Assembly: GCF_004010195.1 (NCBI RefSeq)
Contig: NC_057720.1
Span: forward strand, 11,528,103-11,592,102
Reading direction: 5' to 3'
From: Chiloscyllium plagiosum
Taxonomy: Eukaryota
Length of the DNA stretch: 64,000 nt
Below, one piece after another: positions 1-11,490 of this stretch (positions are counted from its first letter, which is position 1; every line of letters begins with the position of its first letter). The position numbers and the translations under genes are program-made. The notes beneath the pieces are model-generated. The model was given only the letters and a program-made list of their open reading frames with translations, searched no databases and was not told the origin of the DNA.

Positions 1-1100
1 CCTGTTTCCTCAACCTTATGTATGCCTCCTTCTTCCTCTTTACCAGACATTCAACCTCTCTCGTCAACCAAGGCTCCTTCACACGACCATTTCTTTCCTG
101 CCTGACAGGTACATACATATCAAGGACACGTCGTATCTGTTCCTTGAAAAAGTTCCACATTTCAATGACATCCTTCCCTGACAGCCTATGCTCCCAACGT
201 ATGCTCCTCAAATCCTGCCTTACAGCATCGTAATTTCCCTTCCCCCAATTATAAAATCTACCTTGTTGTGCGCACCTATCTCTCTCCATCACCAAGGTGA
301 AAGTCACAGAATTGTGGTCACCATCACTAAAATGTTTACCCACTAACAAGCCCATCACTTGTCCCGGTTCATTACCGAGTATCAAATCCAATATGCCCTC
401 CCCTCTGGTTGTACAATCTACATACTGCGTTAGAAAAGCTTCCTGGACACACTGCGCAAACACCGCCCCATCCAATCTACTTGTTCTAAAGAGCTTCCAA
501 TCAATATTTGTGAAGTTGAAATCGCCCATGACTACTATCCTGTGGCTTCTGCACCTTTCCAAAATCTGTTTCCCCATCTGTTTCTCCACATCTCTGCTGC
601 TATTGTGGGGCCTATAGTAAACACCCAACAAGGTGACTGCACCTTTCCTATTTCTGACTTCAGCCCATACTACCTCCAAAGGCAGATCCCCCTCGAACTG
701 CCTTTCTGCAGTCATTATACCATTTCTAATTAGCAACGCCACCCCCCCTCCTTTTTTACCACCCGCCCTAATCTTACTGAAACATCTGTAACCAGAAACC
801 TCCAACAACCATTCCTGTCCCTCTTCTATCCACGTTTCCGTGATGGCCACAACATTGTAGTCCCAAGTACCGATCCGCGCCTTAAGTTCACCCACCTTAT
901 TTCTGATACTCCTTGCGTTGAAGTATACACACTTGAGCCCATGTCTGTGTCTGCAGGTATTCCCTGTCAATGCTACCTTCTCCACAGCCTCCCTACATTC
1001 TTGGACATCCTGAAAAACAGCTAACCTACTTGCTGGACTACAAGTCCGGATCCCATCCCCCTGCCAAATTAGTTTAAACCTCCCGGAAGAGTGCTAGCAA
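1..1100 (-). mobile_element. CR1-clade (HER1-like) LINE: end of ORF1 and ORF2 APE endonuclease, running off the window start
   Basis: Minus-strand reading KCVYFNARSIRNKVGEL...VAITETWI...LLGVYYRP...VVMGDFNF.NIDW...ILDLILGNEPGQV...SDGDHNSV; homologous to 36619-37750. Confidence 0.9.
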
Positions 1101-1465
1101 CTTCTTTGAATTTCTGCAGTGCATCTTTTAGATGGCCCACTGTCGTCACTCTCACCTCACCTCTGGAATTCAGCTCTTTGAACCAAGGCTGTAATGAGGT
1201 CAGGAATTGAATGGACTTGGTGGAACCCAAGCTGGGCATCACTGTGCATGTTATTGATGAGCAGGTACTGCTTGATAGCACTGTTGATGACACCTTCCAT
1301 TATTTTACTGATGATTGAGAGTAGACTGATGGGCCAGGTTTGTCCATATTGTTGGATAGATGCCCGTACTGTACAGGAACAGCTTAGCTCAGGGAGCGGC
1401 AAGTTCTGGAGCACAAATCTTAAATGCTGTTGTTGGAATCTTGTCAGGGTCCATAGCCTTTGAAG
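1100..1465 (-). mobile_element. Fragment of a second LINE family (CR1/L2 group) reverse transcriptase
   Basis: PISLLSIISKIMEGVINSAIKQYLL..NMHSDAQLGFHQ.HS.PDLITALVQ and WFKELNSRGEV, the early RT motifs, with frameshifts. Confidence 0.8.
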
Positions 1466-3291
1466 ATTAGTTGACTGTTGAAAGATTTTAATGGTTGATA
1501 TGTTGAAAATGTCAAACACAGACCTTCCCAACAGGAGTTAAAACATTGACATAACGGGAAAGCGAATGGTTTCACACCGGTGCTAGCTCATCTGATTACT
1601 TGTCTGTCCTGCTACCACTCTCTACACCTCCAGCGAATGGAAGTTTACAATGTCCTTCCAGAATGGCCATTAGCGAAAGATCATTTGTTGAACTTAAAAC
1701 TGAGATTGTTCAATAAATACCTGTCAAACTCTTTCAGGGATATGAGACTGTGAAAGGCAATAGAACAGGTTTGAGAGGCTGAACGAACTCCTTGTTTTCC
1801 TTTGTAACTTTCAGCAGGAAGGTTAATTTATTTCATTATAGTTCTAGGCAAACAATTGGCAGATTTAAAATCGAAATGAGGGGGAATTGCTTCTCTCAAA
1901 CAATCACTAATCTGTGGAATTCACTACCTCAGCATGGACAGCCATTTCTGACTCTTATGAATGTACGGCTGAGTTACGGGCATGAGAACAGAGAATCCTT
2001 TTGAGAACAAGCCACGGTTTTAAAAGGTTGGCATGACAGATCATGCCTTTGGTGTACATTCCAGTGAATCCATTTAAGGAAGAGTTCAACAGATTTTTAA
2101 TTAGCAATTGCTAATAAAAGGGCCATGGGGAGCAGGGAGAAAAATAGAATTGAGACCAAGGTGAGATCCTGCATGGTCATATTAAATGGCAGAGAAAGGT
2201 AGCATTGCCTACTCCTGCTCTGACGTTTCTTTAACAGGGCGAATACAGCAATTTCTCGAAACATAAAGTGACTATTTCTGTCAGGCTGATGAAAGAATCA
2301 TTCAGTCAATCTGAACTGGCAGGGGCTACACCTTATTCCCATCCACCTCCCTCTAACCCTTCTCCAATTGTTGGGCCTGTCATCCTGCAGTGATTTCCCG
2401 TCGGATTGTAGCACAATATTGAAGCTTCTACTTGACTTTGAAAGAGACTTGAGGAGAGGCAGTGGGCATTCTGAAAAAACACTGAGGGACTTTAAAAAAC
2501 GCAGCTCCACATGTGGTGAAATTTGTTTTCCAACCTGGAATGTGCTCGGTGATTGAACTGGGGGAGGGGGTCACTCAATCAGATCGGGCTCCTGTCGAGA
2601 GGAAAGGAGAGACAGCAAGGCTTTGGAGAATGCGATTCTGTAAACTCTGTTTCTTAAGGTTGTATTCAATTTCTCCTGAATGCTACAAATAAAAGAAAAC
2701 AGAAGTACTGAGGTCTGGAGACAGTAGAGAAGCTTTTAAAATTATCTGTGAGACTATGCCAACTTTGATTCTGTAGCAGGGTCATTAAGCAGCCAATCTC
2801 CCACTGCAGTTGTAGTTTGGTCATTGGACTCTATTCTGTACCTTAATATGACTTCTTGACAAGCAGCTGTACACTGTAATGACATGTTTGCTTTTCCTCA
2901 TTCCATTGTTTCTTCCATGTGGCTGATTGTTACTTTACAATCATTGCTCCCTCTGATTGATTTGAGTTTTGTTTTTTATCCTTTGCCTTAGAATTGAATA
3001 AACTTCCCCCTGCTTCTATTTTGCAAGGTTTACACAAAGGATTAATATTTAATCACATGAGCCTTAGCTCCCTGGTTCCACTCATGGTTCAGTCAGAAGA
3101 CAGGAGGTTCCAGTGTAGCTTCAAAGAGATTAGCACAAAACCCCATCCTAAGCTTCATTGTGATGCTGACGGAGGTGCCAACTTTCTGATGAAACATTAA
3201 ATTGATGCACACTCCCTCATTTGGGATGATGTTCCATACCCTGTGCTACTATTTTGAGAAGAACAAAAGGAGAAGAATGACTAACATTTAT

Positions 3292-3643
3292 ATTTTAAAA
3301 AAATCATACAACACCAGGTTATAGTCCAACAGGTTTACAGAGGAACCTCGATTATCCGGCATTCGATTAATCAGGTTTCGGATTATCTGAACAAGATCAC
3401 AAGGTCCTGCCACTTGGCCAACTATGTTATCCAGCATCGATTATCCGGAATTCAATTAACCAAACAAAATACTCCCTGCCTGTGTCCTTCGGATGATCGA
3501 GGTTCCTCTGTATTTGAGAGAACCAGCGTTCGAAGCACTGCTTCTTCATCAGGTGGTTCCAAATAAACCTGTTGGACTATAACCTGGTGTTGTATGATTT
3601 TTAACTTTGTCCACCCCAGTCCAACACCAGCTCCTCCACATCA
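3292..3643. mobile_element. Palindromic Penelope-derived mini-element (hammerhead family 2), interrupted by a MITE
   Basis: Inverted arms aaaaatcatacaacaccaggttatagtccaacaggttta / taaacctgttggactataacctggtgttgtatgattttt. Degenerate hammerhead on the minus strand (~3523-3558). TSD taacatttat at 3282-3291 and 3644-3653. Confidence 0.75.
3338..3510. mobile_element. Tc1/mariner (pogo/Tigger-like) MITE
   Basis: 21-bp TIRs cagaggaacctcgattatccg / cggatgatcgaggttcctctg (1 mismatch), flanked by TA on both sides. The empty site caggtttatttg is seen in the sister element at 50825. Confidence 0.9.
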
Positions 3644-4026
3644 TAACATTTATGTAAAACAAAGAACTTCAGATTCTGGAAATCTGAAACAGAAGCAGAA
3701 GTTGCTGCAAAGGCTCAGTTGGTCTGGCAGCATTTGTGGAGAGGAACGACACATGTTAATGTTTTGAGTCCAGTGTTCCTTCCTCCAAACTGATAGCAGC
3801 TAGGAAGCAATGGTATTTATGCTGAAGGCGCGGTGGGGAGTTGAGGTGAGCGTGTAGATGGAGACAGAGCTCAGAAAGAGAAAGAGGTATGAAAGAGATA
3901 GGCAGGTAAGGGGGATAATTGACAGTAGGCTAGAGCAGAAGAGGTGTAGAATCAGTGATAATCGGAGGTGGAGAGAATGGGTAGGCTGTGCTAAAAATAA
4001 CCCATGTCAACCCTTGTTATGGAGAG

Positions 4027-4365
4027 GCGATGGCCAAGTGGTATTATCACTAGACTGTTAATTAGAAACCCAGATAATATTCTGGGGACCTGTGTTCAAA
4101 CCCTGTCACGGCAGATGGTGGAATTTGATTTGAATCCAATAAAAGCCAGGAATTAAGAGTCTATTGATGATCACGATTCAATTGTTGGAAGAGCCCATTT
4201 GATTCACTAATGCCCTATTGGGAAGGAAAGTGCCATCCTGGTCTGACCTACCTGTAACTCCAGACCCACAGCAATATGGTTGACTCTTAACTGCCCTCTA
4301 GGCAATTAGGGATGGGTAATAAATGCTGGCCTCGCCAGTGATGCCCACACCCTGTGAATGAACAA
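4027..4365 (+). mobile_element. tRNA-derived SINE (second family) with LINE-derived 3' tail
   Basis: A-box-like tggccaagtgg, B-box-like gttcaaacc, tail ggcaattagggatgggtaataaatgctggcc...gaatgaa. Other copies at ~17420-17770(-), ~53995-54275(+), ~55530-55760(-). Confidence 0.75.
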
Positions 4366-6069
4366 ACAGAAAAGGCCCAGGATATGGGGGTGGTAAAAAA
4401 CATGGAAGGATGGAATCAAGCTTGAAAGTTATAGAACGCAATGTTGAGTCCTAGAGGCTGCAAGGACACCAAGTGAAAAATGTGATGTTGTTCTTTGAGC
4501 TCACGCTGAGACTTGCTGGGGCACTGCAACAGGCCTGAAGTAGAGATGTTGGCATGGGAACACTGTCAAAGTGGCAGGAAAATGGAAGCTCGGGGTGATT
4601 TTTGGGGACAGAACGCAGGTGTTCCGAAAAGCAGCCACCCAGTCTACACATCACCTCCCCCAGTGTAGAGAAGACCACATTGTGAGCAGCGAATGCAGTT
4701 GACTGGATTGGGTGAAGTGCAGGTAAATCGCTGCTTCACTGGGAAGGTGCGTTTGGGACCTTGGATTGTGAGGTGGGAGGAAGTAAAGTGTTGCACCTTC
4801 TGCGTTTGCAGCAGAAGGAGCCATGGGGTGGTGGGGTGAGGGTGGTGGAGGATGAGTGGACCGGAGTATCCTGGAAGGAACAGTCCCTACAGAAGGCTGA
4901 CGGGGAGGGGGGGGAGGGGAATACATGTCTAGTCATGCCATCCTGCTGGAGGTGGCAGAAATGGTGGCTTATGATCTTTTGGATGAGGAGGCTGGTGGGA
5001 TGATAAGTGAGGACTAGGGGACCTTGTTGTCATGGTAGGGAAGGGAGGGATTGAGCGCCAGAGTGCAGGAGATGAGTTGGACACAGCTGAGGGCCCTGTC
5101 AACCATAACGGTGGGAAATCCTCAGCTGAGGAAAAAAGTGAAAATTTGTAGGGCCCACCTGCAGAAGGTGGTATCATCAGAATAACTGCAACGGAGATGT
5201 AGAAAGTGAGAGAATGGTGTGGAGTCTTTACAGGAAACAGGGTGTGAGGATGTACAGGGGGCTAACTGTGGGAGTCAGTGAGTTTGTACTAGATATCAGT
5301 GGACAGACTGTCCCCAGAAACAGATGTCGAAGAAGTGAAGATAGGAGTCAGACATAGAGCAGGTGAAGATGAAAGCAGGGTGGAAATTGGAAGCAAAATC
5401 GATAAACCTTTCCAATTCCAGATGAGAGAGGGAAGGTGCACTCGTGATGCCATTGATATACTGGAGGTGGAGTTGTAGGTGGGGACCGGAATAGAACTAT
5501 CCCACAAAGAGACAAGCCATAACTGAGGCCCATGTGGGTTTCCATGGCCACCCCTTTGACCTGGAGAAAATGAGAGGAGTTAAAAGAGAAGTCATTCAGA
5601 GTGAGGATGAGCTCGGCCGGGAGGGCGGTGGAGGATGGGGACAATTCAGGCCTTTTATCCAGGAAGCAGGGGAGATGACTTGTGAAGAAGCGATTGCAAG
5701 TCCATGGTGACGAGGAGGTGGCTGGAGCCCGCAAACTGAAATTTTGGAACTTATGTAAAGAGTCAGAGGAATCGTGAATGTAAGTGGGGAAGGTCTGGGC
5801 AAGAAGAGAATAATCAAAGTCAAAGTAGGTAGAAATAAGTTCCTTGGCGCAGGAGCAGACAGAAATAATGGGTCTGTCTGGAAAGTCCTGTTTGTGGATT
5901 TTGGGGAGAAGCTACAAGAGAGCTGTGTGGGGCTGGGGGGGCTATGAGCTGGGAAGCTGTGAGGGGATGAGATGAAGTTAGTACAATAGCCTGTTGTTTG
6001 ATGGTGGGTCATGATCCAAGAGCTATCGCTGAGCCTCTGCAATGTACACCAGACAGGAACAACACTGTC

Positions 6070-6152
6070 GCGAGTGTGGTGCTGGAAAAACACAGCAGGT
6101 CAGGCAGCATCTGAGAAGCAGGAGATCGACGTTTCGGGCAAAAGCCCTTCAT
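6070..6152 (-). mobile_element. Short hammerhead-bearing insertion (family 1)
   Basis: Minus strand ttc-CTGATGA-a-gggc tttt gccc-GAAA-cg-TC. Flanking repeat caggaaca(a/g)cactgtc at 6054-6069 and 6153-6168. Confidence 0.8.
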
Positions 6153-6696
6153 CAGGAACAGCACTGTCTTTGTTGGCAGGCTTGGTAACAGAGTCAGGAT
6201 TGGATATGAGAGCACAGAATACAGTTAATTCAGAGGGATATGGGTTTGAGTGGGTGAACAGAGCAGAGAAACTACAGCGACTGACGTTACATTGACTGTT
6301 CTCGATGAAAAACGTACAGGTAAAAGGCAGAGAGAGGGCTCCATGTGGAGGGAGAGTGTTGGAGGCAGTGAAGGAGTGCGTGGGATGGGGAGAGGATTCC
6401 TGTCCAAAGAAATGGGCATGGAGGTGGAAACAATTTTTAAAAAAAGTTCAATATCATGTCGTGCCCAAAATTCATTAAGGTGGGAGCTCAGAGAGATAAA
6501 ATTTAAGATCTTTGCTGAGTACAGAATGTTCAGCATCAGACAGCAGGAGGTCAGGAGGGATAGTAAATACACAACAGTAGATGGGGATGGATATGACAAC
6601 AGATGGCACCGAGTGTGAATCTCAGGAGAACAGCTGTCTGAGGAACATTGTACATCACGCAACTACCTGTGATCAAGGGTGCATCTATGCCTTCCT

Positions 6697-7205
6697 AGAG
6701 TCATAGAGTCATACAGCACATAACAAACCCTTCGGTCCAACTCATCCTTGTCAACCGAGTTTCCCAAACTAAGCTAGTCCCACTTGCCTGCATTTGGCCC
6801 CATATCCCTCTTAATCTTTCCTGTCCATGTACCTGGCCAAATGTCTTTTAAATATTGTAACTGTACCTGCATCTAACACTTCCTGTGGCAGTTCATTGCA
6901 TATACAAACTACCCTCTGTGTGAAAAAGTTGCCCCTCAGGTCCCTTATAAATCTTCCTCCTCTCACCTTAAAAATATACCCCCGGCCTAAGGAAAAGACC
7001 TTTACTATTAACCTTATCTACACCCCTTATGATTTTATAAACCGCTACAAGGTCACCCCTCAACCTCCTACACTCCAGTGAAAAAAGGCCCAGCCTTCCT
7101 TATAACTCACACCCTCCAGTCCTGGCAACATTCTGGTCAATATTTTCTGAGCCCTGTCCAATTGAATAATATCCTTCCTATCACAGGGTGACCAGAACTG
7201 TATAT
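6697..7205 (-). mobile_element. HER1/CR1 LINE 3' fragment
   Basis: Matches the reverse complement of the 3' ends at 23450-23930 and 60750-61230; ends in tagagtcatagagtcata tail repeats. Confidence 0.85.
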
Positions 7206-9559
7206 AGTTCTTCATTTTACCTTTCATGCCCATTGGATATCCAAATGCACTTTATAGCCAATTCAGGTTTTGTTTTAGTCATTTCTTACATTAGATGTTC
7301 CCTTCCTCCATCCAGCAACATGGGAAACACAGCAACCAATTTGCACACAGCAAGCTCCTGTACAAAGAGCAGCACAAACTGATATCAAAGAATCTTGTGC
7401 ATCCATCTGAGAGAGCAGACAGGGTTTTCCAGCACAACACTGTTCTCGTAGCATGTAGGATCATGGAAGGCCATTCAGCCCATCAAATCTGCTCCGCCAT
7501 CCATTAGGACCATGGCTGATCTCATCTCAGCCTCAACTCCACTTTCCTATAAACCTTGATTCCTTCAATGATGAAAAATCTGTCTTTCAGCCAAGAATAT
7601 ATTTGACACTCATATACAGATGTATGGTGTTCACTCACCTGACAGTGCCACATTGCCTCAGTTCTACACTGCATAATCAGCCATGCTTTTAATGGTCCTG
7701 GACTGGAAATCTGTTAACATCTGAATTAGAGGGAACAGTGCTACCGACTGAGCCACAGCTGACCCACTACCTAACTGTGCTTGGTATCTGCACTGATATG
7801 TATTCCATAACTGAAACCAGCTGAAAGGAAAGCTTGTGATTTAACTTAAAATACTGTGGCACTCTGTTCTGCACAAGTGAACTTTTCATCTCCCTACATT
7901 ACAACAATGACCAAATTATCATCGTCATACAATACAAAAGAAACCCTTTAGCCCATCAAGTCTGCACTGACAAAAAAACTACATTAAAATCTGCATTAGT
8001 CTCACTTTCCAGCACTTGCCCATAGCTTTGAAAGTTATTGTACTACAAATTATACCAATTAATATTTGGGAAGTTGACATCCTCCAATATAATTACTGTT
8101 GTTACACACTTCAGTGAATTGTCTACATGTGTGTTTCTCTATTGCCTGTTGACTGCATGGGAATCTTTAATATACTCCCAGCATGTGTCTGACCCCTCTT
8201 TTCTTCCTATGTTTTATCCACAAAGCCTCATTTAAAGACCCACCCATGATACTATCCCTCCTCTACGCAGTTACTGGTGTCTGAATGTGACAATATCTTG
8301 CTGTGTTCTGCCTGAAGATCCTTTAGCCTGACATGTTGAGTTGCCTCTCCTTTGACCTCTCTGTGATGGCAACATCGCAACTCTACACATCAATCCACGC
8401 CCTGAACTCACTGTTTCACTTACAGTACTCCTAGCATTGAAGTAGAGGCCATCCAGCCTCACCTTATGTCCTTGAGACTCAACATAACCGAACTCCCTTT
8501 GCCTTGGTTCCTTTACTATAGTATACTGTGTCCCTATTGTGCTAACACTGTGTCCCCTCTCCTGCTGAACTGGTTTAAACTCCTTCCAGCAGCAGTGGCA
8601 GACCCACCCGGGGAGTGTCGTTGACCATGAGACGTTTCAGGATAATGTGACGTGTGGAAAAGCACAATATCAATCCTCTTTTGGTCTTGTTGAGTGTTTT
8701 GATGTCACAAACATTGAATAATGGAGCTGATTTGAGGCGTGAAATGGCCTCACTCCTGCATTTAATTGATGTGTTTGTATCTTCTTGTGTAGTCAAGGTG
8801 TGTTAATAACAGTAGATGTTGCATAGGATCCTTCTCTTGTGTGGATTATAAGATTATCATGGATTCATTAACTAATATTTGTTTTATTGATCAGTTCATT
8901 GATGTGCTAGGAATAGGATTTCGTCTTTGGCGGTGCAGCAGTTTGAGTAATTCTGAATTGTAAACTGCATGTTCGACAAACCTCTATCCAAACAGGTTGG
9001 CAGCATTTGGAAAGTGCGTAACTTTAATGAATAAGTGAAACTTGTGAATCACATCAGCAATCACTGTTGTTAGTGTAAATGATACACCCAATGAATGAGC
9101 AAAGAAATTGTGAGTGTAACAATGATCCACATTAAAGAGGATCCATCCATCAGTCACGGGAAGGAAGCAGGAAATGGCTATGTGCAACTATTTCAGGATC
9201 AGGGTATGCAGAGTTTAAGCTGTTGTAGACGAAAATAGTTGGATTTATTGAGTCAGATGATCAGCATTTTGGGTCACACTGGGCAAAGGTTTTCAACATG
9301 CAAGTCCAGACCTGGAAGTCACAGAGAAGACATCAAACTGTGTGGGTGGTTGTAATGCTGACAGGAACCTAACACTTGACTAGTTAAAGACCAAGATGGT
9401 GTGTACTATTCTGTCCAGCATCCGACTGATGATATATGATCAGTTTGGAGCTGTGAATTACACTGCAATATGCTAATCTCTGCATGACAATAAAAGAGAT
9501 TTATCGTAACTAGACAATGTCAGATCTGAATGCTTTACAAGTCTAACAGTTGTATGTGA

Positions 9560-10012
9560 GTTAATAGTGGGAGGATGTATAGAATAGCTGAATTAATAGT
9601 GGGAGGGATTGTAAAGTGTAAGTGAATTAGTAGTGGGAGAGATTATAAAAACTGGGTAAGTTAATAGTTGGGATTCTGTAGAGCGGGTGAGTTAACAGCG
9701 GGGCCTGTAAGCAGTAGATGAGTTAATAGCAGGATGTATAGAGTAGGAGAGTTAATGGTGGGGGAGTTGTATAGAATAGAGGGATTAATGGCGGGGGGAG
9801 TTGTATAGAGTAGGAGAGCTAATGGCAGGATGTATAGCGTAGGAGAATTAATGTTTGGGGGAGTTGTATAGAGTAGAGGAATTAATGGCGGGGGCTGGAT
9901 AGAGTTGGGGAGTTAATGGGGGAGGTCATATAGAGTAGGGGAGTTAATGCGGGGATGTATAAAGTAGAGGAGTTAATGGTGGAAGCTTATGTAGAGTTGG
10001 GAAGTTAATAGT
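9560..10012 (+). repeat. Degenerate G-rich minisatellite, ~30-33 bp unit
   Basis: About 14 copies resembling gagttaatggtgggggagttgtatagagtagg. Confidence 0.9.
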
Positions 10013-10821
10013 GAAGGTGTGATGTATAAAAACATTATCATTTCAACTAAACACATTCCACTGATTGTAAGTTGAGATATCTGTCGAATTCAGGGCAGAA
10101 GAAGTCTCTGAAAAGGTTTCACGTAGGCTGAATAAATTTTAAACAATGCTATCAACAGCTGTTTTTCTGGTAACTGAACTAACTAGCTCCAGTTAATTTT
10201 AACAAGATGTGTGAAATACTGTTCAGACATCTGTTAACCACCCTCAAACCTGTGCAGTGCAACTCATTCACCAAACTACTTTGTCACCCTTTGCTGTGTG
10301 TGAAATGTCACAGGAAGAATTATCACTGCTTAGCAATTTCTCCCTGACGGATGCAGTGCGTCAAATTTATCTGTAATTGTTAAGAGGGAAGTGGATGTAA
10401 ATATTGAAATAATGAAGTAGCTTTTCTCTTTATCTCCAGTAATAAATAGCAAGCCTAGGCCAGGGGTTCCTTGCAATAAGAGGTGAAGTGGAAACACAGG
10501 GACACATAATGGTTTCTGCAGTAGATGAGCTGAATGTAGGTTTGCTCGCTGAGATGGAAGGTTCATTTTCAGATGTTCGGATGATACTAGGCAACCTCTT
10601 CAGTGAGCCTCCGGACGAAGATGAGATGAGCCATGAACAGAGTGAGCTGGTGTTATGGAGATCTTCTGAGTGATGGTACCGTTATGTGGAGGGCAACTTA
10701 TCAACAAGTCAAATACGATAAGTGTTGAAATGGTCTGTTGCAACTCGATACCTTAGTGGATCCCTTCATAAATATCTTTTTGAAAATCCAAACATATTAC
10801 ATTTGATGATATCCTCTTGCA

Positions 10822-11490
10822 GAGTCAGCTGTGGCTCTGTTGGTAATGCTCTGTCCCTGGGCCATAAGGTTCTGCATCCAAGTCCCACTCCAGTGCTTAA
10901 GCACAAAATTCAAGATTAATGCACCATTGTGAGAATGTTGGAGATGTCAGTTGAAGAGCCACATCTCGATGGATGCAAAAGATCCCATGGAATTGTTTTG
11001 AAGATCCGGAGGATTCCTTCTCATGTCTTAGCCATTCATTTCACAATAGCATCGATTATCTGGCCATTACTGGATGGTGCTTGTGACAGATTGCTCTGCA
11101 CAGATTCATAGAATCCTGACAGTGTGGAGGCAGGCCATTTGGCCCATATCGAATCTCGAAAGGATATTTCACCTAGACCCACCCTGTCCCTGTAACCCTG
11201 CATTTCCCATGGCTAATTCACCTTGCCTGCACATCTTTGGACTGTGGGAGGAAACCAGAGCAACTAGGGGAAACCCACGCAAACAATGTGCAAACGCCAC
11301 ACAGACAGTCACCCAAGGCTGGAATTGAAACCCAGTCCCTGGTGTTATGAGGCAGCAATGCTAACCACTGAGCCACCCAGATTAGCAGATATGTTTCCTT
11401 TAATATACTAGTGACCACACTTTGAGAATAATCCATTGGTTGTAACATGGCTTTTGACACATATAGTGATCATGGAAAGCACAATGCAAA
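10822..11490 (+). mobile_element. Old DeuSINE (SacSINE1/AmnSINE-like) interrupted by an HE1 SINE
   Basis: tRNA-like head gtggctctgttggt...caagtcccactccag, central gatgcaaaagatcccatgg...ttttgaaga motif, and tail ...ccattggttgtaa....cttt. HE1 inserted with TSD cagatt (11101-11106 / 11378-11383). Confidence 0.65.
11107..11377 (-). mobile_element. HE1-type tRNA-derived SINE
   Basis: Reverse complement of gtggctcagtggttagca...ggtttcaattcc...gactgtctgtgtgg...; TSD cagatt. Confidence 0.9.

Larger units (their letters stand above)
3655..6660 (-). mobile_element. Decayed Penelope-like retroelement (RT and GIY-YIG remnants, terminal repeat at ~3655-3790)
   Basis: Minus-strand peptides LILTLNDFSFNSSHFLQVKGVAMETHMGLSY (PLE RT), CRLGGCFSEHL and FCRDCSFQDT.VHS (linker/GIY-YIG). 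Many frameshifts; nested insertions at ~4027-4365 and ~6070-6152. Confidence 0.8.
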
